From assembly GCA_001642005.1 (NCBI GenBank), contig LWCA01000003.1, positions 1-64,000 of the forward strand: 64,000 bases of DNA, written 5' to 3'. Of this stretch, positions 1 to 14,422 are shown piece after piece. How positions within the stretch are numbered: the stretch's first letter is position 1; every line of letters starts with the position of its first letter. The position numbers were made by a program, and so were the translations under genes. Source of the stretch: Intoshia linei. Its lineage: Eukaryota > Animalia > Orthonectida. The notes beneath the pieces were generated by a model. It was not told where the DNA came from and made no database searches. It was given only the letters and a program-made list of their open reading frames with translations.

Positions 1-1496
1 ATGATATATTTAAAAAAGTTTGTTGCATCATATGTATATTTTTTCACTGTTAGGCGTTCTACCATATAATTCACTCCTAAAAAGCAACATTTCCACTTGT
101 ATTAAAAAAATTCATTTATACTATTTCCCAGATTCTTTACAGGGTGAAGTAACGACAGTACCATAAATACTTTCAAATGACTACAAAAATTAGATCGGTT
201 ACATGCATTGACGGTGAATTAGATAATGACACTGTTAATCGACTTGAAATTAATAATAATCATAAAAAATAATATAATAATAAATTCAAGTTCAAAATAT
301 TATGGGTATTTTTAAATTGCAGGCCGATGTTTTTGTAATAATATTAAAAAAAAAAAACACCGCAGATGTTATTTTTATTGCATTTTTCATACCGTACGGG
401 TCCGTATTTTTTTAATTTCTAAAATTCCATCAAAAAGTTAATACCTTAGTCACTAAGGCTTAGTGGGTATAACTTCAATCAGAAAAATTATGATTAAACA
501 CCATTGACTTCACTTTTTATGCAGGCAGATAATTGAATTCTAAATTATAAATATATAGTACAACCATCTCCAACAATTGAATGAAAAAATTAATTCATAC
601 ATTCATTTTAAATGTTATACATTCTACAATTGTGTTAGTTAAAATAAACAACTTTAAGATTAAATATACTGAAAATTTAATTAAAAAGTAAAATAAAATT
701 TATTTGTTAAATTCATCTTGAAATTTTACATTTTCAAATATTTTATTACATTAAGAGAAAAAAGAATATAAAATAAATTTTTAATTTTAAGGTATGTTGA
801 AATTATTTATAATGCCAATTACTGTTTAATTTAAACTTTAAAGTTTAAATTGTAAATTACAATACATTAAATTACAAATTGTAGCTGCATGCCAAAAATT
901 TTATAATAAAAATAATTTATTAGGTTATGTATGAAATGATTTATTTTTAATGAATAAATTCATAATTTATTCTACATCCTAAAGTTAGTTGATTGATTTA
1001 ATTTAGAATCTAAATATTACATTATACTTTTTTAACTGGGGTGTCAAATAAAAGGAACAACCTATCGCAAATTACACATTTTGACATTTACAGAAAAATT
1101 ATTTTGAGAAATAAATCATTCAATTTCAATAGTAATAATGATGTTCCTAAAATTAAAAAACGTAATGCTTTTGGACGTCCAAAAACAGGAGTTAGTGATT
1201 TTGAAGTGTCAAAAAAATCAACATCATTTGTATATAAAAATGTCTCAAAAAAATTAAGAAAGAGCTCAAGAGTCATGTTAAATGAACATAACATGAAATA
1301 AAAATGAAAAAACAGGATGTGGTAAGCATAATACTTTTAATAATTTCCTCATTAATCTGTGATACTTCGATTATTTGTGCTTATAATTGCCCTAATTATC
1401 GTTTAGCATACAACCCTTTTATAAAATTGACCCTGACATGTAAATTACGTGTAATATGATAAATTATGATAAAAATAAATATAAATTTTAGAATAT

Positions 1497-3566
1497 ATGG
1501 TTGAAAAAGTATTAGTAGTGGCTAAATTTAACTATGAAGCTCAATTACCTTGTGAAATAAATTTAGAAATTGGTAGTAAATACAAATTGATTGAAAGAAA
1601 TTCATTATGGTGGTTAATTGAAAATGAAAAAAAAGTGCAAGGACTCGCTCCATCAAATTTTTTAAAAGAATCAAAAAAACCACTCCAATTCATAAAACAA
1701 ATTAGAAATTCATTAGGAAAAAATAAAAAATTGAAATACTTAAAAAAGGAAAACCAATTAAATAATAATGAAAATTCAGAAGATTACATACTAGTAAAAT
1801 CACCAAAAACTGAATCCATTTCAAAAACAAAAATTGGTTTAAAAGAGAAAAATTTAACAGTGATAAAGAAATGCTCAGTTCATTCAGTAGAAGAAAAAAA
1901 TACTCACAAAAAACTTTATAAATCAAATTCTATGCGGTCAATAAACTATAAATGTCAAATTAGAAATTATTGTCCGTCAAAAATATCTCTTGGTAGTATG
2001 GATAGTATAAATGAAATTTTAGATTTAGATGGCATTTCGACTAAAAAAAAGAATAAATTCACGTTGTTCAATCCAATAATGATGCATCGTAGATGCTCAG
2101 ACAATGCAATCACCATCAAAAAACGCGTTGATACTGATGTCAATAAAAAAAAAGATGAGGGTCATCAATTTGATGCAAAGTTAGAAATATCTACAGCTGA
2201 TGGAATGGCATATGTAAGATATTCCTATGATTCATTAATGTCTGATGAATTGTCAATTAAAAAGGGTGACATTTTAAGTATTTTGTTTAAATCAAAAGAC
2301 GGGTGGTGGTATGGTGAAAAGACTAACATTATACATGATCCCAATAAGCCACATTCTTTTTATATTCATACAGCCATGAAAAAAGATTCTATGGATAATA
2401 TTGTCAAAAAATGTCACGATATTAAACAATCTGGTTGGTTTCCGTCAAATTATGTTTTACCGTTATGTCAAGATGATGAAGAAACAGCTAGGATCATGTT
2501 GTCGTCTGATTTTAAAACAAACGTAAAAAAAAATCGCAACAAGAAAACGAAATCTACTACAATTAGAGATGAAAATTATAAAAATACACTTTACAAAAAT
2601 CAGAAAAGAAATATTAAATATGCAAAGGCAAAAGTGAATCATGATACCTCTGAAAATAGAGGCATATCATTAAAGATAGGTGACATTGTAGAAGTGTTAA
2701 AAGAACAAAGAGGCATATTAATGGTTAGAGATCAATCAGATTATGTTGGATACGTTCCAAGTTGTGTCATGGAATTTATTGAATCTTTAAGGGACACCAA
2801 AAATAAAAATGAAATATCAAAAAATGTTAAAAAGGTAAAAATGTTTAATATTAACCAAAATCCTGTTCCAGTAAATATAGACACCAACATGACTCCACTC
2901 ATAAATGATTTAGCAAATATGCATCTAACGTATACCACCGAATCCGCTCTGAAACAATCTAAAAGTGTAGATGTGAATGACAATAATTCATATCTTTCAT
3001 TGTTAGATTGTTACACTAATTCTGATGAAAAATTCATGTCACCATCTGTTCCACTACCAAAAAAATCTTTTTCAAATAATGAAGATAATATAATATCAGA
3101 AACTGACGAAACCATCAAATTTGATAAAATAATAGAGCCAGATTCTTTAAATATAAAATCAAAATGTGGTGATCCAATCTATGATGTTCCCACCGTTCCA
3201 CAACGGAAGTTTGTATTGATTAAAGAAATTGAAGACAGTCGATGTTATTATTCAAAATTTAATCACGAAATGTCTCAAGTATTATTAAGTCAAGAAAAAC
3301 ATGCTAGTGGTGTTTTTCTAATTAGACCTAGTAATAATGTATCGTCATTTTAATATTATTCAATTTTTGTTTAGGAGGGACAATATACTCTGGTTGTTAA
3401 AGGACAAGAAAAACTACGCAATTTCCGCATGCAAATTGTCGATAATGATAAAATTCAAATCGGAGCTAAAGATTTCCAATCTTTCTATGAGATGATTAAA
3501 TATTACTCATTCAATCCACTTTTCAAAAATGAAGTAGAAACCATATTTCTTACTGGTTCAGCTTAA
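1497..3566 (+). CDS. NCK: Nck/Dreadlocks-like SH3-SH3-SH3-SH2 adaptor (exons 1497-3338, 3375-3566)
   Basis: Three SH3-like segments (VAKFNY..WW..PSNF; YSYD..DELS..GWWYG..GWFPSNYV; a degenerate third ending GYVPSCV). SH2 starts GVFLIRPS and is completed across a 36-nt GT-AG intron (3339-3374): EGQYTLVVKG..NFRM..FYEMIKYY..*. Confidence 0.8.
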
Positions 3567-3889
3567 TATTTTATTATCTTTTCAATAAACATTATATACT
3601 CATGATCAGGTATTTGTAATGTTATATTAAGTACTTATGTATTAACACTATGCGGGTTATATACTTCATATGCAGTAGTAGTAAAATATAAAAATTCTAA
3701 CAAATTTCAAATGTTACCACACGCATGGTGTTAATATTGTTGTTCATTGTTTTTCATGTATTAAAATACTCTTAAACTTAATTATGTAATGTTTTAGAGT
3801 CAAAACATTTTGATATCAAGCCTCAACAAAAATTATTTATTAATATTTTATTAAAAAATAGGTTGACTGTTGTGTACTACGTACAAACA

Positions 3890-4428
3890 TCACTTCTTTG
3901 TCAGATTGATATTTTTTGTGTGTGTTAACAGGATATAACTGTACCATCTGTATTTTTTTTTAAAATTCTAGGGCTGTTTTCATTAAAAAAATGGTAATGT
4001 GGAGTTTTGATCGTGAAAATCATTTTTGAGGTTGCCATTTATGATAATAATTATGATTTTAAAAACTATCCCAGCATTTATATTTTATAAAATTTTAGGA
4101 CATGTTTCATTTTTAAAACAAATAATAATTTGGGGTTTTAACTATGAAGGTATGCGTTTCTGAGGCTGAGATTTACTACAATGTTAAACATTTTCGTCCC
4201 AGAATATATTTTTTATTCAATTTTTAAAGATGATTTTATTTTAAATAAAAGGGCAAATTGGGTCTTTGACCCTAAAGAACTCAAATTTCTTAAACTGAAA
4301 AATAGATATAAACACGTCCTGGGAAAAACTGTATTAGGAATTGAGTTTTTTAAATTCTATAATTGTCACTTTTTTAAATAAACGGTAACACACAAACATT
4401 CTATACAACATTTTTACAAGTAAAGGAT
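3890..4428 (-). mobile_element. Repeat family 1 (Helitron-like non-autonomous element), partial copy with terminus
   Basis: Matches the reverse complement of 15521-16070 and ends in AGTAAAGGAT (rc ATCCTTTACT). Internal subrepeats GGGTTTTGACC..GAAGG are spaced about 128 nt apart. Confidence 0.7.
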
Positions 4429-4640
4429 ATAGATGTGAATATGATTCATCAGCCCACAAAAGAAAAAGGTTGAAAATCAATGATTTAGTCAAATTTGAGT
4501 ATTTATATGAGTCTTTCTCAAATCACTGTCTCAGATATGGAGGTGTGTCCAAACTTTTTTTACTTATTTGACGTTGATGTATTAATATAAATAAAACGAA
4601 ATAAAAACGTTATCGGCAATATTTTTTGATTTTAATTTAG

Positions 4641-7600
4641 CAAATTAAAGAGTATTGCAAATAAAATTTCGAATATAACGATATCTTACAATGGTTCTGT
4701 AAACTACTATTTTTTGTTGGTTGTATGTTTATCCTACCTCTACAATGTCGTCATAATTATCAGTCGAATGGTTTTCTATAAGTTGCAAAGTGATTATCTA
4801 CCTATATGGACCATATGTGACTATACCTGCGATTTCATTTACATTATAGACATTTTTTGGCAAGCTCAAACAAGTAAACAAAAATTTTAATGTGACTGAC
4901 CTCATTTTAATTTAAAAAAATTTAATATATGAGCCATTCTCTGTCATAAATTAAAAAAACGATAAATTTAAATTATATGCTACCATATTTCTTTTTAATT
5001 TGTTTGTTAATTTGATACGTATGTTTTAAGGATATTACAAAATTATTATAGAAAATTTATTATTAAGGCTCTATTAATATATTAAGACATAAAAAAATAA
5101 AATATACTATATTTTAAAATACATTCTCAAAAGTAATGCATCATAACTACGCCAATTTTGACGAAATAAGTAATAAGTACATGGTAATGTTCACAAAATT
5201 AAACTGTATCGAATGTGCGTAAAAATTATGCGGGTTGGAATTAAAAAACATGAGTTATTTAATAAAAGAATTAAGTATTTGTGTTAATTATAATTATACC
5301 TAAATAAATTTTAATTAAAATGTTAATTTATCAAAATTTATTATGTAGAGATGACTTTACAATTTGAAGTAAAATGATATATTGCATTATGATCAGATGT
5401 ATTGCCCACGGCCGCACATAATCCATTTTACGGCCGCACGTTGTGCACCCCTGGTCTAATTACAAAAATAGATTTTTTTGAATTTCGGAAATATCTGTTA
5501 ACTACGTTCTTATTTCACTATTCAATCTATTACATCACCTCAATTAATTAAATATTCACAAGAATCATCAAAAACCAATTCAAATTTTATCATATTTCTT
5601 GCGTTTAACGCCGTAGCGGTTTTTAACTGTAAATGTACGTTTTAGTATTTACTATATGTAGAATAGTGCAAATAATCATGTTGCATGCTGTCATATGCGC
5701 ATTTAGAGTCTATCTATGAGTATGAGTCTTAGATATTATTTCCTGTAGGTTACTGAAATTGAAAGATTTACATTTTATTTGCTAGAGAATGGCTGATATA
5801 TAATGCATTAATTATTATCATTATTAATTACAATATAAAATATATAGAGAAATAAAATACATAAATGTGTAAAGAAAAATAATTATTATAATACAAAAAA
5901 CCGGAGCCGAACCTACAAACTTGAAGTTACCCAAAAATAAAAATAAGCCCATAAAAAATTTTCCTAAATTAAGTGTAGTGGCATATATTCTTAGCCACCT
6001 CTCCAAGGCTCTTGAGTTGAAATTTTAAATTTGAAAACCAATATTTATGATATTCAAGATGTAATTTTTTAATGCTTAAATTGGAAAAATAAGCCACCAT
6101 TTTACAAAAATTTCGTCGATCCAACGGTCACGGTAATCTCGGGTACAGTAATTTCGGCTCTGCAATTCATTTATAATTCATTTATCTAAATTTATCATTT
6201 AATCGAATTTTATTAAATACCTAAATAACTCGTATCTGGATATGTCCCTTTCAGAAAAGGCCAGAAAATAAGGGGATGAATAATTCTATTGATAGTAATT
6301 TTGCTTGCGGCTAGTGGTTTTACGCCCTTTTATTATTATTTAAGAATATGAATAATATTTTTATTGGTCCGATGAGGCTTCATTGATTTAAGTTTTAGTT
6401 GGACCCAAATATTTTTCATATTCAAGATAGTATGGATCACTTTCGTAACCCTTATTATTAATATAATTAATAAAAATAAAATTTAAACCAGTGAAGGTCA
6501 AACTGTTTCTTACTGTAGTCTAAAAATACACATAAAAAATTTCTTTTAATATAGAAACTGTATCCATTTTTTATATTATTTTTCGAGTAATAAAAAAATC
6601 ACCTGGACATTTGTTGTCCATACACGCCACCTACTAATGATTGAATTAATTGTAAACTACTTAATATATATATATGAAAATAAAACAGCTTTCATAAAAA
6701 GTGGAGAAGAAGTAAAAGACGGCAAAGTTTTGCGACAAGCTTTTGTAAAATCCATTCATCTTAAAATAAGCCTATTATCAATAATACCAACCGATTTATT
6801 TTACTTTTATTTTGGAATGGACGCTGTATACATGCGACTGAATCGATTATTATTATACAACAGATTAAAACTCTTTTTTGATCAAACAGATTCTCGGTCC
6901 AGTTATCCTGATATGATTAGAATTTTTCATTTAATTTTAAATATTCTAATAATTATTCATTGGAATGGATGTTTTTATTTTCAAATGAGTAGATGGATTG
7001 GTTTTGGATCGGATGGTTGGGTTTATTCTCCATATGAACACCAAATTAATCCAAATAATATAACTTTTGTTGAAAATATGATTGATACAGAATACCCAAT
7101 TTTCAATACATATATATTTTCTTTTTATTGGAGTATGTTAACTCTTACGGTAACATTAAAAATTTGTTGTAATAATCAAAAAATTATTATATATAATAAT
7201 TATAAATGTATAAAGTGCATTAATGCGATTGTAAGATTTAAAATAGAATAATAAATCTAACATGTAAATTAATTTAAATTAATATAAAATTACCTAAACT
7301 TTTATTTTGCATGCAAAAATTGCGCCATATTAATAAAAAGCAAACAGGTAATATTATATTTACCATGAAGATTATAAATTCATATCAACCTAATCAATGA
7401 TTAGTAATCATTATTGATTATAGTTACATTTGGCGCCACAATTGTATTTATTATTTTACAGGCGTTATTTCAGCTTTTACAATAATTAAACATTTTGCCC
7501 ATTTTAAAAATGGAAACCACCTCTAATGTATAATCATCAGTATTAATTTTAAATCTTACAACTCTAATCATATATTATTTTTAATAGATTCAATATCAAT

Positions 7601-9234
7601 ATTATTTAGACAATTGGTGACACCCCAAGACCGGAAAATAATTATGAATATGTGTATTTTTTAATTTTAAGCTTATCAAAATTATATTTTAGATTTAACA
7701 CTGTGGATTTTTTGGTAGGCGTCATCATTTTCGCGACAATTGTAGGTAATGTTGGTAATATTATTATGACTGCTAACGAAAACCGACTAAATTTTCAAAA
7801 TAAAATGGATGGTGTGAAAAAATATATGAAATTTCATAAATTGGAAAAAACGTTAGAAAAAAGAGTAGTTAAATGGTTTAATGTAATGTAATAGTGAAAT
7901 GATAAATGTAGGTTTGAATATGTATGGAACACAAAAAAATCAATTGATGATGAAGCTATATTGAAAATTTTACCCAATAAACTGAGACAAGAAATTGCAT
8001 TAGATGTTCACTTAAAAACCCTTCAACAAGTAAATCTATTTAAAGATTGTGATCCAGGTTTACTGGCAGAATTGGTGTTGAAATTAAAACTGACCATTTT
8101 TTCGCCGTCTGATTATGTTTGTCGAAAGGTAATAAAGTATAAACCATTTATAGTAGTCAAATTTTTATATTCGGCACAGTTGCAAACTTACAAGTAAATA
8201 AAATTTTATTTGAATTCGTCCTCATACATGTAATGATAAAAATACGATCATTATAAGTGGTTTCTACTATTAAAAATAACTTGGATGCTAAAAATGTAAA
8301 ATAAAAGTATTATTATTAGGGTGATATTGGCCGGGAAATGTATATTATAAAAAAAGGAAGTTTAAACGTTGTATCACCAGATGGCGAAACAGTATTTGCA
8401 ACTTTAAAAGAAGGTGTAGTATTTGGCGAGATTAGTATACTAAATATTCCCGGCAACAAAAATGGTACAGTATATACAAAATGAGCATATATTAGTGTGT
8501 TTTATTAATGGTGGTATAAAAGTGGGATTTTTGAAATAATGATATAACGTGGTCTATGCAGTACGATAAATTCAACACATCTGGCAACTCTGTAATAAAT
8601 ATTAAAAATAGTTGATAATTTTTTTATTATATTTTATTTGAATATCACGGACCCTAAGTCATAGTTTTGGACCCCAACGAAAACCACTGAATTAAAGTAT
8701 AAAAAATATCCAATAACTCAGTATTTTTTACTAAGGTGAACACACACTATTACTGTATGTTTTAAACACATTGTCTCATTAATGATGACTCATCATAGTT
8801 TCCGAATCTGAGGTTCAGAAAAAATAATTATTTTTTACATTTTGACTAAAAAATTTGATGAAAACGTAATAATTTTCTATTGAATATTATACACACTATT
8901 ATCCTCAGATAATCTGAAATAACTGCATTATTAAAATAATATAGGTTGCCGGCGCACTGCGAGCATTAAAAGTGTAGGATATAGTGACATATTCACATTG
9001 GATAAAGAAGACTTGTGGAATACACTCAAGGAGTACCCTGAAGCCAAAGAACTCTTAATACTTAAAGGTACAGAACAATTGAAAAAGGATGGTTTAATTG
9101 ACCCAGAATTGTACCAAAAAGAAATGAAAGAACAAATGAGTACATCCGATGTTTTGAAATCATTCCACGACCAAATAGAAAAATTGAAACAACAAATAGA
9201 TGAACTGAAAAAAATAATAAGTAAAAATGAATAA
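4641..9234 (+). CDS. Cyclic nucleotide-gated cation channel alpha subunit (CNGA/TAX-4-like); 5' exon not resolved
   Basis: Exons ~4641-4872 (S1-S2: [27 protein letters not shown]), 6689-7149 (S3-S5, IHWNGCFYF), 7610-7653 (pore TIGDTPRP), 7693-7875 (FATIVGNVG), 7912-8128, 8320-8464 ([16 protein letters not shown]) and 8945-9234 ([21 protein letters not shown]). Splice phases are consistent where checked. Confidence 0.93.
5902..6162. mobile_element. MITE family 3 (TIR ~CAGAGCCGAAC), intronic
   Basis: Ends CGGAGCCGAACC...TTTCGGCTCTG; internal similarity to 53515-53790 and 60905-61158. Confidence 0.55.
8500..8689. mobile_element. MITE family 2 (hAT-like), one-ended copy in CNG intron
   Basis: Ends ...AAAACCACTG; body matches 21640-21815 and 31380-31553. 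Confidence 0.6.
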
Positions 9235-9263
9235 AATAATATATAATATTTACATTGACACTT

Positions 9264-12200
9264 TTAGAGAATAGCCTGAGATAAACTTTCAAGTTTAGTT
9301 TCGTATTTTTCTTTTTTTCGAATTAAATCTGGTTCTGTTTCAATCATTGTCATCTAATTAAAATGATTTAAAATTCAAAATTACATAAATGGTACCTGAT
9401 TTAATTCGACGGGTTTTCCTTCGGCCACAGCTAATTTAAGTAACTCAATTCTTTCCAGTTTCTAAAATTCAATTACCAAATATATATAAAAACAACCCTC
9501 TCAATTTTTTTCAATTGTTTACTATAATGTACATTATCACTATTCTCCTCCAGTGTTGGTTTTGATATTACCAATTGTTGTTTAGGTTTCCCATCCCAAA
9601 ATTTGCTTTTAGTGTATTTTTTCTAAAATTTAAAATAAATATGTAAAATAATATTTCACTCTTTCAGCATATCCATTAGAATTTGAACCTATAAACTTAT
9701 ATATAAATTAAACTAATGAATAAAACTTAGTCCAGCACATTTCGTATGAGATAAATATGCTTTTTCACCACCATTGGCTCTGTATGTTTGAGGTACATAT
9801 ACACTTTGATTTGCTAAATAACATTATAAAAATAATTTAAAATAGTACCCTCAATATGATTTCCATCTGTCTGTATGTTAAAAGATTCTTTAAAATTATG
9901 ACTAGCCGATGTACTAGGTATAACAACATTATTCAAAACTTCGTCTTTCTCTGAATATTTGACAAAACTCATTTTTTTACCCGTATAATGCCATATGGTA
10001 TAACTATATAAATAGAAACATACAACTTAAAATCTTACTGATTATTTGCCAATAAATCGGGTGCTTGAGTAGCTGTTATAAAATGTTCTCCGTCTGGAAA
10101 CCATGAAAAGTAATTAGTGTCTGGATCACTAATTTTTGTAATCAGTTTCGATTTTTTAACATCCCAAATTTCAACATTTCCTTTGTTGATACTTTTTATC
10201 CCACCAAATGCAATTAAATTTCCCTGCTTGTTGTAACTAGCAGTATTTCTAGCGGCTTTAGAAAATTGCGACACTACATCCGCTTTTAAATTAAAAGACG
10301 TAGCTTGTACATTTGGAAAAAGACCATACAAAACACAAAATTCTGTAGAATTTGAATTCCACGTTACACCATGAACGCAATCTTTCTTTCCTATTGGAGG
10401 TATAGCAAAATCCTTACCATTGCAATTCAGCAAAAATAATGTTTTAACCCCATTATAAGAATGCGCAGCCTCAGTATGTACTTGAATTAAAAGAGAATCC
10501 CCGCTTTCGTTCCAAAAGAAATCAACTTTGGTTGATCTTAACAAGTATCTGGAGCACAGGACTTTTTCGCTTAATAAATATCCACCATTTTTATCCATGC
10601 CCAAATTGAATATTTTTACATATTCCTTTTGTATCTAAAAAATTAAAAATTTACTATAAATGTAACTTAGAAAAATAATAATTAATAAACAAAAATAAAT
10701 ACAGATTTATCATAAGCGTAAATTGCTACGCGGTACAATTTGTCAATTTTGTTGATTGATACTGCAAAAATTTTACCCGAATACTCTGCAATATTGTCAA
10801 CTAAATTGTATTCTTAAGTACAGTGCCGTACATAGAGTTATATTTAAAAATATTCGTTAAAAAATTGTAAGTATAAATTTAAATAAAAAATACCCATATT
10901 GTCCAATTCATATAATTTGACACTTGATTTATACAATATAGCTACAATTTTTTCGTCCTGACTCCAAGACATTTTTCTAAATAAAAATTATAACAATATT
11001 CGATACAATTTTTATTATTATTTAGGTAACAATTTCAGATTTTTTTCATACAATTTCCTATACCACCCATAAAATACTATTTATATCAAGTTCACTACAT
11101 AAAATATTTAAATACCAATACAAAAAATACAATGTCAATGATTTTGGTTTTATTAGTGAATTTAATACAATAAGGTTTTACAATTGTACAAATGGTTAAC
11201 CCCTGGAATATTCTTCTATCAAATGAAGGCTTAATATTAATCAGTGACGTATATATCTAGGATTCGTATTGCGATTCGATCTAGATTTCTGTTTTGTTAG
11301 TGGCTTTTTCTCATAGTTATAAAAATTCACCCATCAATCTGTCTCGAGTTTTGTTCAGCATGTAATACGTTTCCAGTTAGTAAATCGTAAAATTTCAAAT
11401 TATTCTGAACTATATTAGGATCAATGCCTCCTAAAAATAAAATATTAGCAAATGTAATGAATCAATATAAAAAATTATACGTATATCGAAATATATATTT
11501 TGATACAATTAAATTATATTCCGCAGACTTTTATAAAATAATTCATGTAACAATTAAATATTGACTGACAAGATAAAATCAAAATATATCTGACTGTCAA
11601 GTTGAAATGTAAAACTAAGATATAATATTTAAGATTATCCTTACCCATATTGATTGAATATTTATATGTGGAACAAGTCTAAATAAATGATTCAATCATT
11701 GAAGAGAATTGAGAGATTTTACATGTCAACCGTTAATTTTACATTTTTTAGTCAGAAATTTAAATGTTCTAAGAATCAAACAAAAACGAATTTGACCATT
11801 TTATCATCATTCCCACCTCGACATATATTTTTTCTTTAGTATAGAAAAGTTGTCATTTTGTTCTACAACTACTCATCAATTATTAAAAAAACGTAATTTT
11901 ATTAACAACGTGGAAATAACTGACGAAAATATCAAAAAATTAATAGTATTATACAGATCCGAATCTAACGTAAACGAGAACCTTATACGCGGGTCCCTAT
12001 GAAATTTTCTAAAATGGTGTCATCTTTTTTCCAAAATTAATTTTTCAATATCATAACACTAAGTCCAAATCCAGGAGATAAGGTTATAACTACATGACAT
12101 TACGCAGCTTTGAGTTTTAGAATAATTTTTTCATTTTTGGGATATAATTGATTTATTTACAATATGTATTTGTTAATATATATTAATTTAAATATTTCTG

Positions 12201-14422
12201 TATTTAATATGTATATACAATCAATTCCCATTTTTTCGAAATTGTAGGATGAATATTTCATTTTTAATCAAAAAATTTGAAAAATATTGGTTGCTTATAT
12301 ATTAAAAGTTATTTTCACGGGAATGTGTAGATTTCTGAGGTTAAATTTTTTTATCTAGATCAACTGGAATAAGCTTTATGACAATAATATTTTGTTTAAA
12401 CTCTAGGACTGTTAGTAATTAAATATTTTTTGTTTTAATAAAATAGTTACCAAATAAAAAATAAAAACCAAAACGTTTTTTGACCGTGAAAGGGTCACTT
12501 TGATATATTCAAATTTTTTGTATGTGTTAACTGTAATTTTTTATTAAATTCTAGCACTTTTTTGAGATTGCAACTTATGATGTTTATGATTTACAAAATA
12601 TCCAGAATTTATGATAATGTTCGTGATTTTAAAATCTGTATCGGAGTGCATATTTTTTAAAGTTATAGGTCGTTTGATTTTTAAAAAAAATAGATAATTG
12701 GGTTTTTTGATCATGAAGGATTCAATTTTTGAAAATGAAATTTGCGATAAAACCTCACCCTAGAAAAACTGTATTAGAAATTGGCATACTAAAATCTCTA
12801 CGCCTATTACTTTCCTAAATAAATAAACAAACTTAAATTTTTAGTTAAATAATTACACAGGACATTTTTACAGTTTTAAAAAAAATTCTGCTAGGTTTTA
12901 TTTTTAAATGATAGACCGAATTACAAAATGTATATTCTGAAAGATAGAGGTAAATGTGTCTCCTAGTTACCGTAATAATATCATATTAATATTATTTTAT
13001 GCAAAGGATTATTGCATATTTTAAATCATTAAGTGTACTATTTTGGGTAACTAATATTTTTTAAATACATAATTAAAAATGGTGAATCTAGTGAAACTAT
13101 AAAAATTTCAATTATGAAATTATCTTTAAAAAAAAGGCAAAATTTACCCTAATCATAGGTTTTTTAAAAAATTTCTGGGATATTTTTTACAGTACAATCT
13201 ACACGAGAAGACGCAAATATCGTATCATATCCCATGACATAAAATTATTGATAATCATGATTTTTTTTAAATTAAGTTTTAATAATTAACAATTAGACAA
13301 AATTTGAAATCCACTATAAAGAATAATCATAACGCATGTTATATATTATTTTAACTTTAACACGAAATGGTACATTTGATAGAGTAAGATTTTTTGATTT
13401 TATTAGACGTAAGTCACAAATTAGACAATAATGATCATTTATTTAAAAGTGAATCAACTTTATATATTAATTTAGTTGTATGTAACTACCGAAACGACAG
13501 TTATTAATATTAATATTTAAATATTAATTTATCCTTTAACTACGAGATACATTTTTAAAATTTTTTCAGGAATATAAAAATTATAATTTATATTTGCTTA
13601 TTATCTTATTTTTAAACAGAAATTTTTTTCAGTGTTGTTCAGTGTTATATATGTAAGGGTTACCTCTAATATTTTCCCACAAAACAAGATAACGATTGAG
13701 ATTGGAAATTTCGCCAAACACAACTCTGTATACATCGAAAGTGTGTAGAATCTTTTTATCCTCTACTGAATAAACAAAACATCTAAATGACATTAAATAT
13801 ATAAAAAAAAGACAGATATACTTTCCGGGTATAGCATACAATAATAACGTACTGTCATAACTCATAGAGATGTAAATAGACGGTACATCACTTATTCGAT
13901 GTACAACTTTTGCTTCGCCATTTTCTCTAAATGTTAAAAAAATAAATGCAATAAAATATGTAAAAGATAATAAAAAAATAAAGTAAAGCCACGTCAAACC
14001 CACTAAAATTTTTATATAAAAAATATAGTGAACATAAAACTTGATGGGCGTCCATAAGTTGGACTGCAATAGTATATAAATAATAAAATTTACAGATTAT
14101 TTTTGCTTGCCGAATTAGAATCTAATGTGTGGATGGAAACACCATTTGAAGAATTAACTAAATAAATAATATAAGCATAATAAATTAATAAAAATATGAT
14201 TCTTGGACCATGTTCGGTAAACTTGCAACTAAATCGTAGTGTACTGACTGAAAATACTGAATAACGTATATTAATTTTGTTTTATAAACAAACATTGTAA
14301 ATTATATACAAAAAAAAAACTCAATAAAACGGGAAAAACCAGAAAAATGGAATAAAATACTACAAAACCATAAATTAACTGTAATATTTCAAAAACATAC
14401 CTGCAAAATTAATGATAGACAT
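9264..14422 (-). CDS. EIF2A: Eukaryotic translation initiation factor 2A (WD40 eIF2A), multi-exon
   Basis: Exon 10038-10633 encodes GNLIAFGG..GNVEIWD..TNYFSWFPDGEHFITATQAP..NN, followed by YTIWHY. Start MSIINFA at 14422 is followed by a GT donor. C-terminal exons are KKLR-rich and stop at 9264-9266. Confidence 0.88.
12230..12860 (-). mobile_element. Repeat family 1 copy in eIF2A intron
   Basis: Contains the shared core AAAAATATTGGTTG..GGAATGTGTAGATTTCTG..TCAACTGGAATAAGCT..TTTTGACCGTGAA. Confidence 0.75.

Noticed and set aside
1041-1301. 86-aa ORF upstream of Nck (and the antisense 68-aa ORF)
   Set aside because: GTG start and no motif. A nearby ATG-donor (1304-1321) is out of phase with the Nck acceptor at 1491, so it cannot be supported as coding.
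4181-4381. 66-aa ORF
   Set aside because: Lies inside repeat family 1
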